Source: Thermodesulfobacteriota bacterium
Lineage (GTDB): Bacteria > Desulfobacterota > Desulfarculia > JACQYL01
Length of the DNA: 64,000 nt
NCBI GenBank assembly: GCA_963675595.2
Contig: CAXXLZ010000003.1
Span: forward strand, 1 to 64,000
Direction: 5' to 3'
Both the position numbers and the translations under genes were made by a program. The first letter of the stretch is position 1, and every line of letters begins with the position of its first letter. The notes beneath the pieces are model-generated. The model searched no databases, was not told where the DNA came from, and saw only the letters and a program-made list of their open reading frames with translations. Below, piece by piece: positions 34,910 through 44,859 of the stretch.

Positions 34910-36016
34910 TTAGTCTTTCCAGAACTCCGGACCGTCGTTCACGAAGTCCAGCATGTCCTCGGGTGTCATTCCTTCCAGTCCCAATTTGTCCAGAGTTCTT
35001 CCTTCCGTCCAGAAATCGTGCTTCAGCGCCGAGCAAGCCAGGTTCACAATGGATCTGGTCATGGGGGTTTCCACGCCGACCTCAAGGCCTAATGCGCAAA
35101 GAGGCACCAGGCTGTTGGGCACTTCGTCCAGCACGTGGTGATAGCCCAAGACGTGTTTGGGTGCGGAAAACCCTATGTAGTAGGGGTTGTTCTGCAGGAC
35201 ATGGAAAAGGCTGTCTCCTTCAACGTCATAGCATTCCTTATACCAGGCCAGGATATCGTAAACGGGTACGCCCAGAGCTTGGGCTATGTCGCTCTTCTCC
35301 GCGTCGATCTTTGCCATGACGTTGTCGCAAACGAACTGGGTGATGATGTCGCGGTAATACCTGAGGTCTTCCCCCTTGGCCGCGCGCTCGATGAGTCCGG
35401 AGTTGAGCAGCATGGGAGCGGGATGCACCACCGCGCCGGTATTGTTGATGCTGGTTTCCAGCACATTAACGGCGGAAGCGTATTCCGGATAGATCTCGTT
35501 CATGATTTCGAGCAAACGGGCGTTCCTCGAAGCCGGCAACGCCGCCGCACGCACCCGGTTCTTGACCTTCATGATTTCCACGTGGGCCGGACCTCTGGAC
35601 TCGGTGGCATATAGGAAAGTCTGGCATTCGCCCAGGAGGATATTCTTCTTCAATTGATATCGACGGAAGGTTTGGTAGACCTCGAGAGCTCCACCCGTTC
35701 TCGCGGGGGAGAGAAGGAGGGTCTGACCCTCTTCCAAGCATCCCGTAAGGAGGGAGGCGATGTTCTTGTGGGCCAGTGCGGGAAGAATGACCATAACGAG
35801 GTCTACGCCCTGCACGGCTTCGTCCACGCTGCCGGTGATCAGGTTCAGCTTGGCGAATCCCTCGACATCACCTTCCAGCTTGATGCCTCCGGCGCTTATA
35901 ACCGGGTCGAGTTCCCTTTTATAGAAACTGAACAAGTTGACTTGGTGGCCTTTCAGGCTGATGTGACCGGCGGTGGCCAGTCCGCCGTGGCCTGCTCCGA
36001 GAACCGCTACTTTCAT
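34910..36016 (-). CDS. NAD/NADP octopine/nopaline (opine) dehydrogenase family protein
   Basis: GAGHGGLATAGH, N.GAVVHPAPMLLN, DEVPNSLVP...LG...GVETP, EGRTLDKLGL. Confidence 0.85.
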   Translation of the reverse strand: MKVAVLGAGHGGLATAGHISLKGHQVNLFSFYKRELDPVISAGGIKLEGDVEGFAKLNLITGSVDEAVQGVDLVMVILPALAHKNIASLLTGCLEEGQTLLLSPARTGGALEVYQTFRRYQLKKNILLGECQTFLYATESRGPAHVEIMKVKNRVRAAALPASRNARLLEIMNEIYPEYASAVNVLETSINNTGAVVHPAPMLLNSGLIERAAKGEDLRYYRDIITQFVCDNVMAKIDAEKSDIAQALGVPVYDILAWYKECYDVEGDSLFHVLQNNPYYIGFSAPKHVLGYHHVLDEVPNSLVPLCALGLEVGVETPMTRSIVNLACSALKHDFWTEGRTLDKLGLEGMTPEDMLDFVNDGPEFWKD

Positions 36017-36596
36017 TTAGGTAACCTCCAAAGAATGTTTCAATTGGGATGTCATACGGATTGATCCGGGGCCTTTCCCGTCGTGGAGTCCGAGAAGACG
36101 TACCTTCGGGCGTCGAGAGCGACCTCTCTGTGTCGAGTTGGAATCAAGCCGGAGTGCAAAGGCTGAGGGCCCTTGAAAAGGCGGTGGCGCGGATAAAGCG
36201 GCACCGAGATTTCCGTGGTTGGTTGTGGGGGTCGGCGGAGTTTCCGACCGACGGGTTGTGGTGAAAAGCGGGACACGTCGGGGGTACCGTAAAGTCGGGC
36301 GGAGCGTCGTACGAGGCTCCGCCCGGTGAGACACGTTGCTTCTTATCAGACTCTCAAAAAACGCGAATCTCGGCGTTGTATTTCATCCCTCGTGACTGCG
36401 CCGTAGCAGCATGTACGGGCTCATTGCTCGGGACTTGCGCGCCTTGCATATCATCGTTCTTCACCAGTTTGCAATCATCCGGCGTTTTCAAAAATCCGAC
36501 AAGCGTCGGTGTCGCCGGTTCAGTCGTCGCGGAGTTGGTTGCCGGTTCCGATGATTCGGTACCGATGACCGACCGAAAAGGGCACGGTCAACAGGG

Positions 36597-38219
36597 TTAT
36601 TCTTTGGCAATGGTCACGGGTACGGTATTCAAATCCGCGGAAAGGCCTTCCTTATCGTAAACGCGTACACGAAGAAGACTCAGTCCGGGATTGAGGCCGC
36701 TCGTATCCTTCAGGGTAAAGGCGAAGCCTGAAACAATGCATTTGGGATACTGGTAATAGTCGGAGCCTTGAGCGGTGCAAACGTCGGGGCGGAGGAGACC
36801 CAAAGAATCGGTCGCTTCGGCCTCGGCGTCGTATTCGGTCAAAGTACCGAGCAGTTGGGCATCAAGATAGAATTCAATCTTTTCGACGCTTCCCCTCTTT
36901 TCGGGATCGAAACGATCGGCTACGGTCCATCCGAGCACCTGGAGAGGGTCACGGCCGATGACCACGACTTGGTTAGTCGCCGGAAGCTCGACGCGGCCGA
37001 TGGGGGCCTGCACTTCTCTCACATGAACGGTACGGGTGCCCAACACGGTGGAGCGCCCTTCGGAATCCTCGGCAACGGCCTTAAATACGTTATCGCCCAG
37101 CTCGAGATCGTCGCTGGAATAGGGGAAGGCCCATCCACCGTCTTCGCAGTTCGGATAGCAGATGGCCGCGCAGAGATCGGGACGTTTGGGTGCGTTTTCC
37201 AAATCGGCGTGTGCCACGGGGTCGCCGTTCAGATGGATGGTAACGTTTTCCAACGTGTCGGCGGCGAAAGACCAGCCGGTCATGACGAAATCCCGTTCCT
37301 TACTGATCTCCTGACCATTCACCGGGAGATCGATGAGGCCGAAGGGAGCGACCGGCGAGCATGGGGGACAGTCCACCTGGACCTGCAAACCGTTTCCTTC
37401 CTGCACAAGAGGATCGGGGCCGGCATAAAGGTCCGTCTCGTTGCCCAGGTTGTCCACGGCAACGGCGCGTATACGGCGTTGCGAGGCAAGGCATTCACTG
37501 GAGTAATTGACGTTCATGGTCCATCCGGAGGACTCACACACCGGATTGATATAACCCGCGTAGGAATTGCACACATCGGGGCGTGATCCACCCAAGTCCG
37601 CATCACCGATGTAGGCGTCGTCCATGAACAGCATCAGCTTTTCCAGACCGAGACCGGCCAGAGCCCAGCCATTGGTGGGACAGTCGCGACCGCAAAGGAC
37701 TCGATAGGGCCCCTCAATGTTACCGAAGGGACGGGGGATGAGGAAGTTGACGGAGCCGATGACGTTGTTTCGCCCGGCATCGTCGAAGGCCTTCACTTCC
37801 AAAAGATGCCAACCCATGTTGAAACCGGATACGTCCAAGAGGATTTCCCATCCCACGTTGTCTTCGGTTCCCGGGGTTCCGTCCGGAGGGGGACACTCGC
37901 CGCGGCAGTTCGGATAGTTGGAGCGGCAAAACGTGGTGCACACATCGTTCCGCTCAACCGTAAGCGTGACCCCCTCACAACATTTGGGCGTCTCAATCCC
38001 ATCGATGAAGAAGCGGACGCGATTCATGCACACGGTGGAAAGGGCCCAACCCGACACTCGAAAATCTTGGGGATTTACAGCGACGTATCCTTCGGGCGGC
38101 CATTCGACCGTTCCAAAGGGCTCGGTGGTTCCCGGATTCACACAGTTGGCGAAACTTGATGGGACGCCGATCAAAAGAACCAGTACGGCGACGGCAACCA
38201 CCCCAGTCAGTCTTCTCAT
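36597..38219 (-). CDS. Secreted Cys-rich protein with four Ig-like (PxG..P/GW/RxDVC) repeats, paralog 1
   Basis: Signal peptide; four repeats; about 20 Cys; aligns by eye with the other two paralogs. Confidence 0.8.
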   Translation of the reverse strand: MRRLTGVVAVAVLVLLIGVPSSFANCVNPGTTEPFGTVEWPPEGYVAVNPQDFRVSGWALSTVCMNRVRFFIDGIETPKCCEGVTLTVERNDVCTTFCRSNYPNCRGECPPPDGTPGTEDNVGWEILLDVSGFNMGWHLLEVKAFDDAGRNNVIGSVNFLIPRPFGNIEGPYRVLCGRDCPTNGWALAGLGLEKLMLFMDDAYIGDADLGGSRPDVCNSYAGYINPVCESSGWTMNVNYSSECLASQRRIRAVAVDNLGNETDLYAGPDPLVQEGNGLQVQVDCPPCSPVAPFGLIDLPVNGQEISKERDFVMTGWSFAADTLENVTIHLNGDPVAHADLENAPKRPDLCAAICYPNCEDGGWAFPYSSDDLELGDNVFKAVAEDSEGRSTVLGTRTVHVREVQAPIGRVELPATNQVVVIGRDPLQVLGWTVADRFDPEKRGSVEKIEFYLDAQLLGTLTEYDAEAEATDSLGLLRPDVCTAQGSDYYQYPKCIVSGFAFTLKDTSGLNPGLSLLRVRVYDKEGLSADLNTVPVTIAKE

Positions 38220-38349
38220 AAAGCCCTCCTTCAATTTGTCGGCGCCTGCATCCGTGCGGACCGGCGTTCCCGTCATCAGCGGCTTGGAAGCCGTACGCTG
38301 CGGAATTCCATGTTGCTGTTCACGATCCCTGTGCGCCTGCATGCCGCGG

Positions 38350-39963
38350 TTAGGGCTGGTATACCAGGGAAAGATCGATGACGCCGATATCGTTGGCCCA
38401 GCCGTCGCTGTCGTAGGCTCGCACCCTCAGGACCGTGGGACCGGGATCCAATCCGGCGGTGCTCTCCAGGGTGAAGTTGAATCCGGACACGTAACATTTG
38501 GGGTACTGATACGGATCGTTCTTGTCCGCGGCGCAAACGTCGGGTCGAGGGACGCCGAGGCTGTTCGTCCAGAGAATGTCGGGATTGTTGCTGTTAAGCT
38601 CCCCGACTTTGGTGTTGTCGAGGTAGAATTCGATCTTGGCCACACTTTGGTTTTTCTCGGCATCAAAGCGATCGGCCAGGACCCACCCTGAGACATGCAG
38701 CTGGTCCTTGCCGATGACCAGGGCTTGACCGGAGGGAGGATATTCCGCGAAGCCCTTGGGCTTGATGATGTTCCTTACATGGATGGTCCTGGTGTCGATG
38801 ACGGTGGTCTGGGCGTTGACGTCCATGGCCACGGCGCGGATGTTGTGAGTTCCCAGGGTCATGTCTCTGGCCGGGAGCGCAAAGGACCATCCGCTTTCGT
38901 CGCAATTGGGATAGCAAATAGCGTTGCATACGTCGGGGCGGTCGGTTCTCATGTTCTGAGCGTATCCCATGAAAACGTCGTCCACGTACACGGCGATCTT
39001 GTCGATGAGGCAGTCCGAGAGGGCCCACCCACTCAGGTTGTAGTCTCGACACCGGCAAATTTCCTGGCCGGTGACGGGAACGTCTATTTTCCCGAAAGGC
39101 GGGACCGGATCACAGGTGCAATCCACCTGAATGAGGAAGCCGTTTCCTTCGGGATCGTTGGTATCGAAAGAGGCGGGAAGGGAGGTCTGATGACCCAGGG
39201 TATCCACGGCAACGGCTCGTATCTGTCGGATGGTGTCCGCGCATTCGCTGGGGAAGTGGATGGGAATGCTCCAACCGGAGTTTTCACACGTGGGATTTAC
39301 ATAGCCTGTGTAGGAGGCGCAGACGTCGGGTCTGGATATTCCGAGGTTCGCATCCCCGATATAGGTGTCGTTCATGTACACCATGATGCGTTGGATACCG
39401 AGGCCCGCCATGGCCCAGCCGCTGATCTCGCAGGTTTCCCCGCAGCGGGCTCTGAAAGGGGCTTCGATGGCCCCGAAAGGCCTGGGAATGAGGATATTGG
39501 AGGTGGCCACGGTGGCCGATCGACCTTCCGTATCCACGGCCGCGGCGATGAGCGGGTACCAGCCGGCAGGCAGACCGCCCAGGTCCAGAACGGTGCTCCA
39601 TCCCACCACGTCGCCGGCGGATTCTCCGCCGCCGCATTGCTCCAAGCAGTCGGGATAGTTATCGGCGCAGAAATAGGTGCACACGTCGGTTCGTGTCTGA
39701 TCGGGGAACACCTGGGCAAGCAGATGTTCCGCGTCGACCTGGATCAAATAGAGACCCACGACGTCGATGCAGGCCGTGGAAAGCGCCCAACCCATCACCG
39801 GAACTTCGGCGGGGTTCACGGCAACGTACCCGTCCAGAGGCGTGTCCAGATAACCGAAAGGCTGATCGGAAGGTCCGTCAACGCACTCGTTCGCATGCAC
39901 GGAAAAACCTGCCGCGAAGATCAACATCGCGGCGAAACAAATGGATGCGGCGAATTTCCTCAT
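38350..39963 (-). CDS. Secreted Cys-rich protein with four Ig-like repeats, paralog 2
   Basis: Same architecture; GGAGG SD. Confidence 0.8.
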   Translation of the reverse strand: MRKFAASICFAAMLIFAAGFSVHANECVDGPSDQPFGYLDTPLDGYVAVNPAEVPVMGWALSTACIDVVGLYLIQVDAEHLLAQVFPDQTRTDVCTYFCADNYPDCLEQCGGGESAGDVVGWSTVLDLGGLPAGWYPLIAAAVDTEGRSATVATSNILIPRPFGAIEAPFRARCGETCEISGWAMAGLGIQRIMVYMNDTYIGDANLGISRPDVCASYTGYVNPTCENSGWSIPIHFPSECADTIRQIRAVAVDTLGHQTSLPASFDTNDPEGNGFLIQVDCTCDPVPPFGKIDVPVTGQEICRCRDYNLSGWALSDCLIDKIAVYVDDVFMGYAQNMRTDRPDVCNAICYPNCDESGWSFALPARDMTLGTHNIRAVAMDVNAQTTVIDTRTIHVRNIIKPKGFAEYPPSGQALVIGKDQLHVSGWVLADRFDAEKNQSVAKIEFYLDNTKVGELNSNNPDILWTNSLGVPRPDVCAADKNDPYQYPKCYVSGFNFTLESTAGLDPGPTVLRVRAYDSDGWANDIGVIDLSLVYQP

Positions 39964-40148
39964 ATGCTGTTCCTCCCGGCTTGCAGGCTACTCGGCGGCG
40001 AAAATCGTAGGTGTTGGTTGCGTCGGGTCAAACCCGAACGAGCGTGTCCGGCGATTCCCATGAACGAATTGAAGGCACCGGCTTCTTGGGCGGCATTCAA
40101 GGAGTGACTTCCTTCCTCATGTTGTGAAAGCGAGCGTTGTGGAAAGAG

Positions 40149-40182
40149 CGGGAAGGGCGGCGGGCGGCGGCCGCTCTTCCCG
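40149..40182 (-). terminator. Hairpin downstream of the FGE-domain gene
   Basis: CGGGAAGGGCGGC...GCCGCTCTTCCCG. Confidence 0.45.
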
Positions 40183-40190
40183 AGGGCGCA

Positions 40191-41582
40191 TCAGCGCTCG
40201 AAAACCAAACGGAAACCGATCTGATCAGACTTGTAGGGCAGAGCACTCTTGTCCCGGTTGGCACAGCGAATGCTCTTGGGACCATCTGCCCAGCTTCCGC
40301 CTCTGACAACCTTGGAGAGGCCCGTGGACGGACCCGTGGGATCGGTCACCGAGGCGGCGGTGTAGTCCCCATACCAGTCTTCGCACCACTCGGCCACGTT
40401 GCCGTGCATATCGTGGAGGCGAAAATCGTTGGCCGCTTTGGTCGCCACCGGATGCGTGGCGGAGGCGGAGTTGGCGCAGTACCAGCCCCTGGGATCGATA
40501 AAGGGGTCGTACCCGCAGGAATAGGGATCAACGATGAACGAGGTTCCGTGGTCGTGAATGGGATAGAAACCCACGCCCAACTGACCCACACTGCCGGCGC
40601 GGGCCGCATATTCCCACTCGGCTTCCGTAGGAAGGCGATAGAAACCCTGACCGCTTGCGTTCAGCTTTTCGATGAACTTGAGAACGTCAAAGAAGTCCAC
40701 CTGTTCCACGGGGCAATTGTCGCCGCAGGTGTTGAACGCGGATGGATTGGTGCCCATCACCTGTTTCCATAGTCCCTGGGTGACTTCGGTGATCTGCATG
40801 AAGAAGCCTTTGGAGATGGTGACCTCGTGCTGAATCTCCCCATCGTCGCGGCCCGGTTCTCCGTAGGGAAAATCGGGGAGTTCCGCGGGGCTTCCCATGT
40901 CGAAGGTGCCTTCGGGGATGTAGACGAAGCGTATGCCGAAGGCGTCCGTATGATAAACGGGAGTCTGGTTCGTGAGCGCGTAGGTGTCGATTCCCTGCGT
41001 GCCGGTCAGGATCGCATCGGCGGATCCGCCGTCCTCGTCAAAAGTGATGGACAGGCTGATCTGCTTGCCGAAAAGTTCGTCCGCGCTGAATTCTTCGGAC
41101 GCTGAAGAATCAACGAACACGTAGAACGTGTTGCCGTCGGGGCTCACGATGACCAGTGCGGAACCGTCGGAGTAGGTTTGGACGAAGAAGTTGTTGCTCA
41201 GGTCCGAAGGTTTCCAGATACCCGAAATGGGGTCCGTGGCGGTAAGTACCTTGGACAGAGCGTACTGTTGAGTGGAATTCCCCAAGGTCAAAACGGCGAG
41301 GGCGGTGCCGTCCGGGTCGAAGCTCATGGAAAGGGCGGCGGCTCGACCGTAATACTCGGAAGCGGAAATGCCGTCGGCCATGTTCCCGTCCACGAAAACG
41401 TAGTAGTTTTCACCGTCCGGTGTGGTGACGACCAGCGCGGAGCCGTCGGAGCAGGCCTGCACGTAGAAGCTCACGCCGCCGTCGTGGGGCTTCCACACGC
41501 CGGTTTGACCGGCGGTTGCAGCAAGTGCGGAAAGGAACACCAAGTTTACGCACAGGAAGATCATCAAAGCCCTTTTCTTCAT
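40191..41582 (-). CDS. Secreted protein: two GxWK beta modules plus an FGE-sulfatase (CLec-fold) domain
   Basis: FDMGSP, TEVTQ, YRLPTEAEWEYAARAG, DMHGNVAEW, RGGSW, GFRL. Confidence 0.88.
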   Translation of the reverse strand: MKKRALMIFLCVNLVFLSALAATAGQTGVWKPHDGGVSFYVQACSDGSALVVTTPDGENYYVFVDGNMADGISASEYYGRAAALSMSFDPDGTALAVLTLGNSTQQYALSKVLTATDPISGIWKPSDLSNNFFVQTYSDGSALVIVSPDGNTFYVFVDSSASEEFSADELFGKQISLSITFDEDGGSADAILTGTQGIDTYALTNQTPVYHTDAFGIRFVYIPEGTFDMGSPAELPDFPYGEPGRDDGEIQHEVTISKGFFMQITEVTQGLWKQVMGTNPSAFNTCGDNCPVEQVDFFDVLKFIEKLNASGQGFYRLPTEAEWEYAARAGSVGQLGVGFYPIHDHGTSFIVDPYSCGYDPFIDPRGWYCANSASATHPVATKAANDFRLHDMHGNVAEWCEDWYGDYTAASVTDPTGPSTGLSKVVRGGSWADGPKSIRCANRDKSALPYKSDQIGFRLVFER

Positions 41583-41771
41583 TGCCGCCTCCTTCGCCGT
41601 TTCAGTGCGTTAATCTTCCGGGTGACGCCGGGATGATCCCGCGCCCGCGCTCCGGTGTTCAAAGTCCGGCCGGCCTCGACGACACCGAAAACGCATGAGA
41701 ATGCCGATTTGTGGGAATTAACCCATCTGTTGGGCGAAGGACGAAACGCGCACCGTCGCCCGCCGTGGAAT

Positions 41772-43436
41772 CTAGTTTTGATGGTCCGTCAAGACCAGGC
41801 GAATCGATCCGATGTCGTTACTCAATCCCTTGTTATCGTACACCCGGACCCGAAGGGTGGTGGCTCCCGGCTTGAGATCGGACGTGTCCGCCAACCGGAA
41901 GTTGAACCCCGACGTCCAGCACTTGGGGTACTGGTAGGAATCGCAACCCGGAGCGGCGCATACGTCCGCTCTCGCTATGCCCAAGCTGTTGGTGGTGTCG
42001 TTGGAATTGTAGGAGTTGAGCGTCCCGATCTTCAGTGTATCGAGATAGAATTCGATCTTGGCCACGCTGGGCCGTACCGTCTTGGCGACTTCCGGATCAT
42101 ATGGATCGTCGGGATTCAGGGGGTCCCCGTCGAACCGATCCGCCAAAGCCCATCCGGAAACCTCCAACGCGTCCCTTCCGAGGACGACGATCTGGTCGGC
42201 GGGCGGGTATTCCACGACGCCTTTGGGCAACTGCACATTGCGAACGGTGAGGGCCTTGGAAGCGAGGACCGTGGTCTGGCCGTTGGTGTCCATGGCCACA
42301 TATTGGACGTCATGAGTGCCCAAGGTGATGTCGTCGCTTCGGTAAATCTTCTCCCAGGCGGCGTCTGCGCAGTCGGGGTAACAGATGATGTCGCAGATGT
42401 CCTCGCGGTGCATCCGAAGCCCGTCCACAAAGGAGAAGAACACTCCGTCAAGATAGATTCCCACGTTGTCCACGGTGCAGTCGGAGAGCGCCCAACCGGA
42501 AGTGGAGAAGTATCGGGCCTTGCTGATCACCTGGCCGGTCAATGGAACGTCCGCACTCCCAAAGGGCGGGAAGGGGTCGCAGGTGCAGTCCACCCTCACG
42601 GTGAGGCCGTTCCCCACGGGGTGCATGGTGTCGTGAGTCGCGGGCAACGGTGTTTCATTGCCCAGTTTGTCCACCGCGACGGCGTAAATCTTGTTGGCCG
42701 GAGCCACGCAATCCGAGGACACATGCATGTCGAAGGTCCAACCGGAGTACTGGCACAGCGGGTCCACAAAGCCGCCGTAGATGCCGCACAGGTCGGGACG
42801 TGATTGACTCAGACGGGCGTCGCCCAGGTAATCGTCGTTGAAGTAGATTTTGACTTTTTCCAGTCCGAGCCCCGCGAGAGACCATCCTCTGATCTGGCAG
42901 TCCTCGCCGCAACGGATGCGATGAGGGGCGTCGATGGCGCCGAAAGGCCTGGGAACCAGGAATCGGATGGTGCCGATGACATTGGAGCGGCCCGAGTCGT
43001 CGTAAGCGACCGCTTTCAAGGTGTGCCACCCGATGTTGAAGCCGGTGACGTCGATGACCGTTTTCCAGCCCGTGATGTCCGAAATCCCTTTCGGTGAACT
43101 CACCGGGCATTCACCGCGGCAATCGGGATAATTCTCTCTGCAGAAGTACGTGCAAACGTCGTAGCGTGGTTCGGTGAGAAAGATGTCACCCGTGCAGTCG
43201 GCCAGATCGATGTCGTCCACGAACAGCTTGATGCGGTTAATACAAATCGACGACAATGCCCAGCCCGAAACGAGAACGTCTTTGGGGTTGATGGCGACAT
43301 AACCGTCCACCGGGGATTCCATAACGCCGAAGGGCTCGGTCCCTCCTTCATTGACACAGTTGCCGGCCATGGAAGCAGGTATAGTCATCACAGCGGATAG
43401 CAACATAACGACTACCACCCCAAAAACTCTTTTCAT
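41772..43436 (-). CDS. Secreted Cys-rich protein with four Ig-like repeats, paralog 3
   Basis: Same architecture; AGGAGG SD. Confidence 0.8.
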   Translation of the reverse strand: MKRVFGVVVVMLLSAVMTIPASMAGNCVNEGGTEPFGVMESPVDGYVAINPKDVLVSGWALSSICINRIKLFVDDIDLADCTGDIFLTEPRYDVCTYFCRENYPDCRGECPVSSPKGISDITGWKTVIDVTGFNIGWHTLKAVAYDDSGRSNVIGTIRFLVPRPFGAIDAPHRIRCGEDCQIRGWSLAGLGLEKVKIYFNDDYLGDARLSQSRPDLCGIYGGFVDPLCQYSGWTFDMHVSSDCVAPANKIYAVAVDKLGNETPLPATHDTMHPVGNGLTVRVDCTCDPFPPFGSADVPLTGQVISKARYFSTSGWALSDCTVDNVGIYLDGVFFSFVDGLRMHREDICDIICYPDCADAAWEKIYRSDDITLGTHDVQYVAMDTNGQTTVLASKALTVRNVQLPKGVVEYPPADQIVVLGRDALEVSGWALADRFDGDPLNPDDPYDPEVAKTVRPSVAKIEFYLDTLKIGTLNSYNSNDTTNSLGIARADVCAAPGCDSYQYPKCWTSGFNFRLADTSDLKPGATTLRVRVYDNKGLSNDIGSIRLVLTDHQN

Positions 43437-44001
43437 TATCATCCTCCTTGTGCGCGGCGACTCTATGGTATCAAACGACCCTACGGCATTACGCGGGTTC
43501 TCGGGCATGACAATCGGGTTCCCTTGGGAAAAAATTCCATTTATTCCAGGTCCGCGTCGGAAGGTCCGAAACCGGAAACTTCCTCTCCCGACGTCAAGAT
43601 CAAGGGCGAACCTCCGCTAAGGGCGCTAAAATAATATGATTACGACGTATGTGTCAATCCAAATTCCGCTTTCTTCCTATGGTTTCGATCGTTGAAACAA
43701 AGCCTTCAATCTTTTCGGCGAATGTGTGAAGTTTCCCCGCGGTCCACGCCCGAACCGGCGCTTCGACGATTCCTCGGGATCGTTTCGGATTCCACGAGGG
43801 CTTGAACAACCTTTCGACTCATGTCATTTCTGTCGAATATCTGAAAACGCGATTTGCGGCGTTGCGTTTCCTCCCTCGTCCATGCGATGCAATGCGTATC
43901 GCCCACTTCATGGCAATCGGGAGCGCTGAATGTCGCCCTGCTTCACGGGCCTTCTATGGTGAGTTTTTTCGGCTATCTATCTCTATCGGCGGTTTTGTCC
44001 A

Positions 44002-44859
44002 ATGGTTGATACCCTTTGCCATCCGGGAGACGATAAGACGTGCTTCCGGTGCTGTCCCCCGATTCGGGTTCCGGACTATGATCACCTCGACCATCGGAGC
44101 TTCATTTCAAGGGAACTTCGCGAAAACACGCAGGAATTTCATCTTAAGGGACCGCGTTTCAAACCGATACGGGGGTTCACCTGCTGGGCGTTGGGATACC
44201 TGGACCCGAAGCGTCGTAAAATCGGCTGTCTGCTTCATCCCTTTCTGAACGGAGGAGAAGACCTGCGTCATCTCATCGATTACGGAGAGAAATGCCGAAT
44301 CGCCACCTGCCGGGAAGCAAAAGTCTTCGTTCAATTGTCCCCGGAGCATCGGACCTTCTACTATTCTTTGTGCCGAGGAATGGATTCCTTCCAGTACTCG
44401 AGTCCCAAGGCGAATCCCCTGTTCACCCTGCTGCAATGGGGCTCGCCGCTGCTTGGGGAGATCGCGGACCTCGAGGGGCACGCCTCCCAAGCGCACGCCG
44501 TGCTCCATCGCTATCCCTTTCTACGGATTTCAGGACCCACAGGCAGGCGATATCTCGCCGAACGGAGGGCTGCGGATTCGGGAGCGGCGGCTTTGCGCGG
44601 AGAGGACTTCTCGCGACGACTCGAAGCCTTCACGGCATGGGCCGCCGCACGGATTTCGTTTCCAAGCGAGGTATCCAGTGAAGCTTCGCATACGCATCGG
44701 CTTGGAATCGACCGTGCTTTCGCCGACTTCCTGCGGCTGGAATGCGGTCTGAAAAGATTGGATTTGGACACGGCTGTGGAGCTCAAAGACCGGGTGGACG
44801 AACAGATCGATTTCTTTTTCTCCCGGAACGGTCGTGGAGCAGGGGAGTCGGACTCGTGA
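44002..44859 (+). CDS. Hypothetical protein with a Cys-rich N-terminus
   Basis: CFRCCPP...CWALGYLD....IGCLLHP...C...C; overlaps the next start. Confidence 0.7.
   Translation: MVDTLCHPGDDKTCFRCCPPIRVPDYDHLDHRSFISRELRENTQEFHLKGPRFKPIRGFTCWALGYLDPKRRKIGCLLHPFLNGGEDLRHLIDYGEKCRIATCREAKVFVQLSPEHRTFYYSLCRGMDSFQYSSPKANPLFTLLQWGSPLLGEIADLEGHASQAHAVLHRYPFLRISGPTGRRYLAERRAADSGAAALRGEDFSRRLEAFTAWAAARISFPSEVSSEASHTHRLGIDRAFADFLRLECGLKRLDLDTAVELKDRVDEQIDFFFSRNGRGAGESDS

Noticed and set aside
36020-36135. Lysine riboswitch (AGAGGTCGC on the minus strand)
   Set aside because: Too close to the start codon to hold the aptamer, and the other conserved elements were not found.
40191-40330. Diversity-generating retroelement (FGE/CLec C-terminus as target, plus an RT in the window)
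   Set aside because: I found no template repeat differing at adenines and no avd gene. The only RT lies inside a complete group II intron. A remote DGR elsewhere in the genome cannot be excluded.
36597-43436. Multiheme cytochromes
   Set aside because: Cys-rich but no CxxCH motifs.
43595-43635. c-di-GMP-I riboswitch-like text (GGGCGAACC...GCGCTAAA)
   Set aside because: Poor match, no GAAA tetraloop stem, and on the opposite strand to the Cys-rich cluster.
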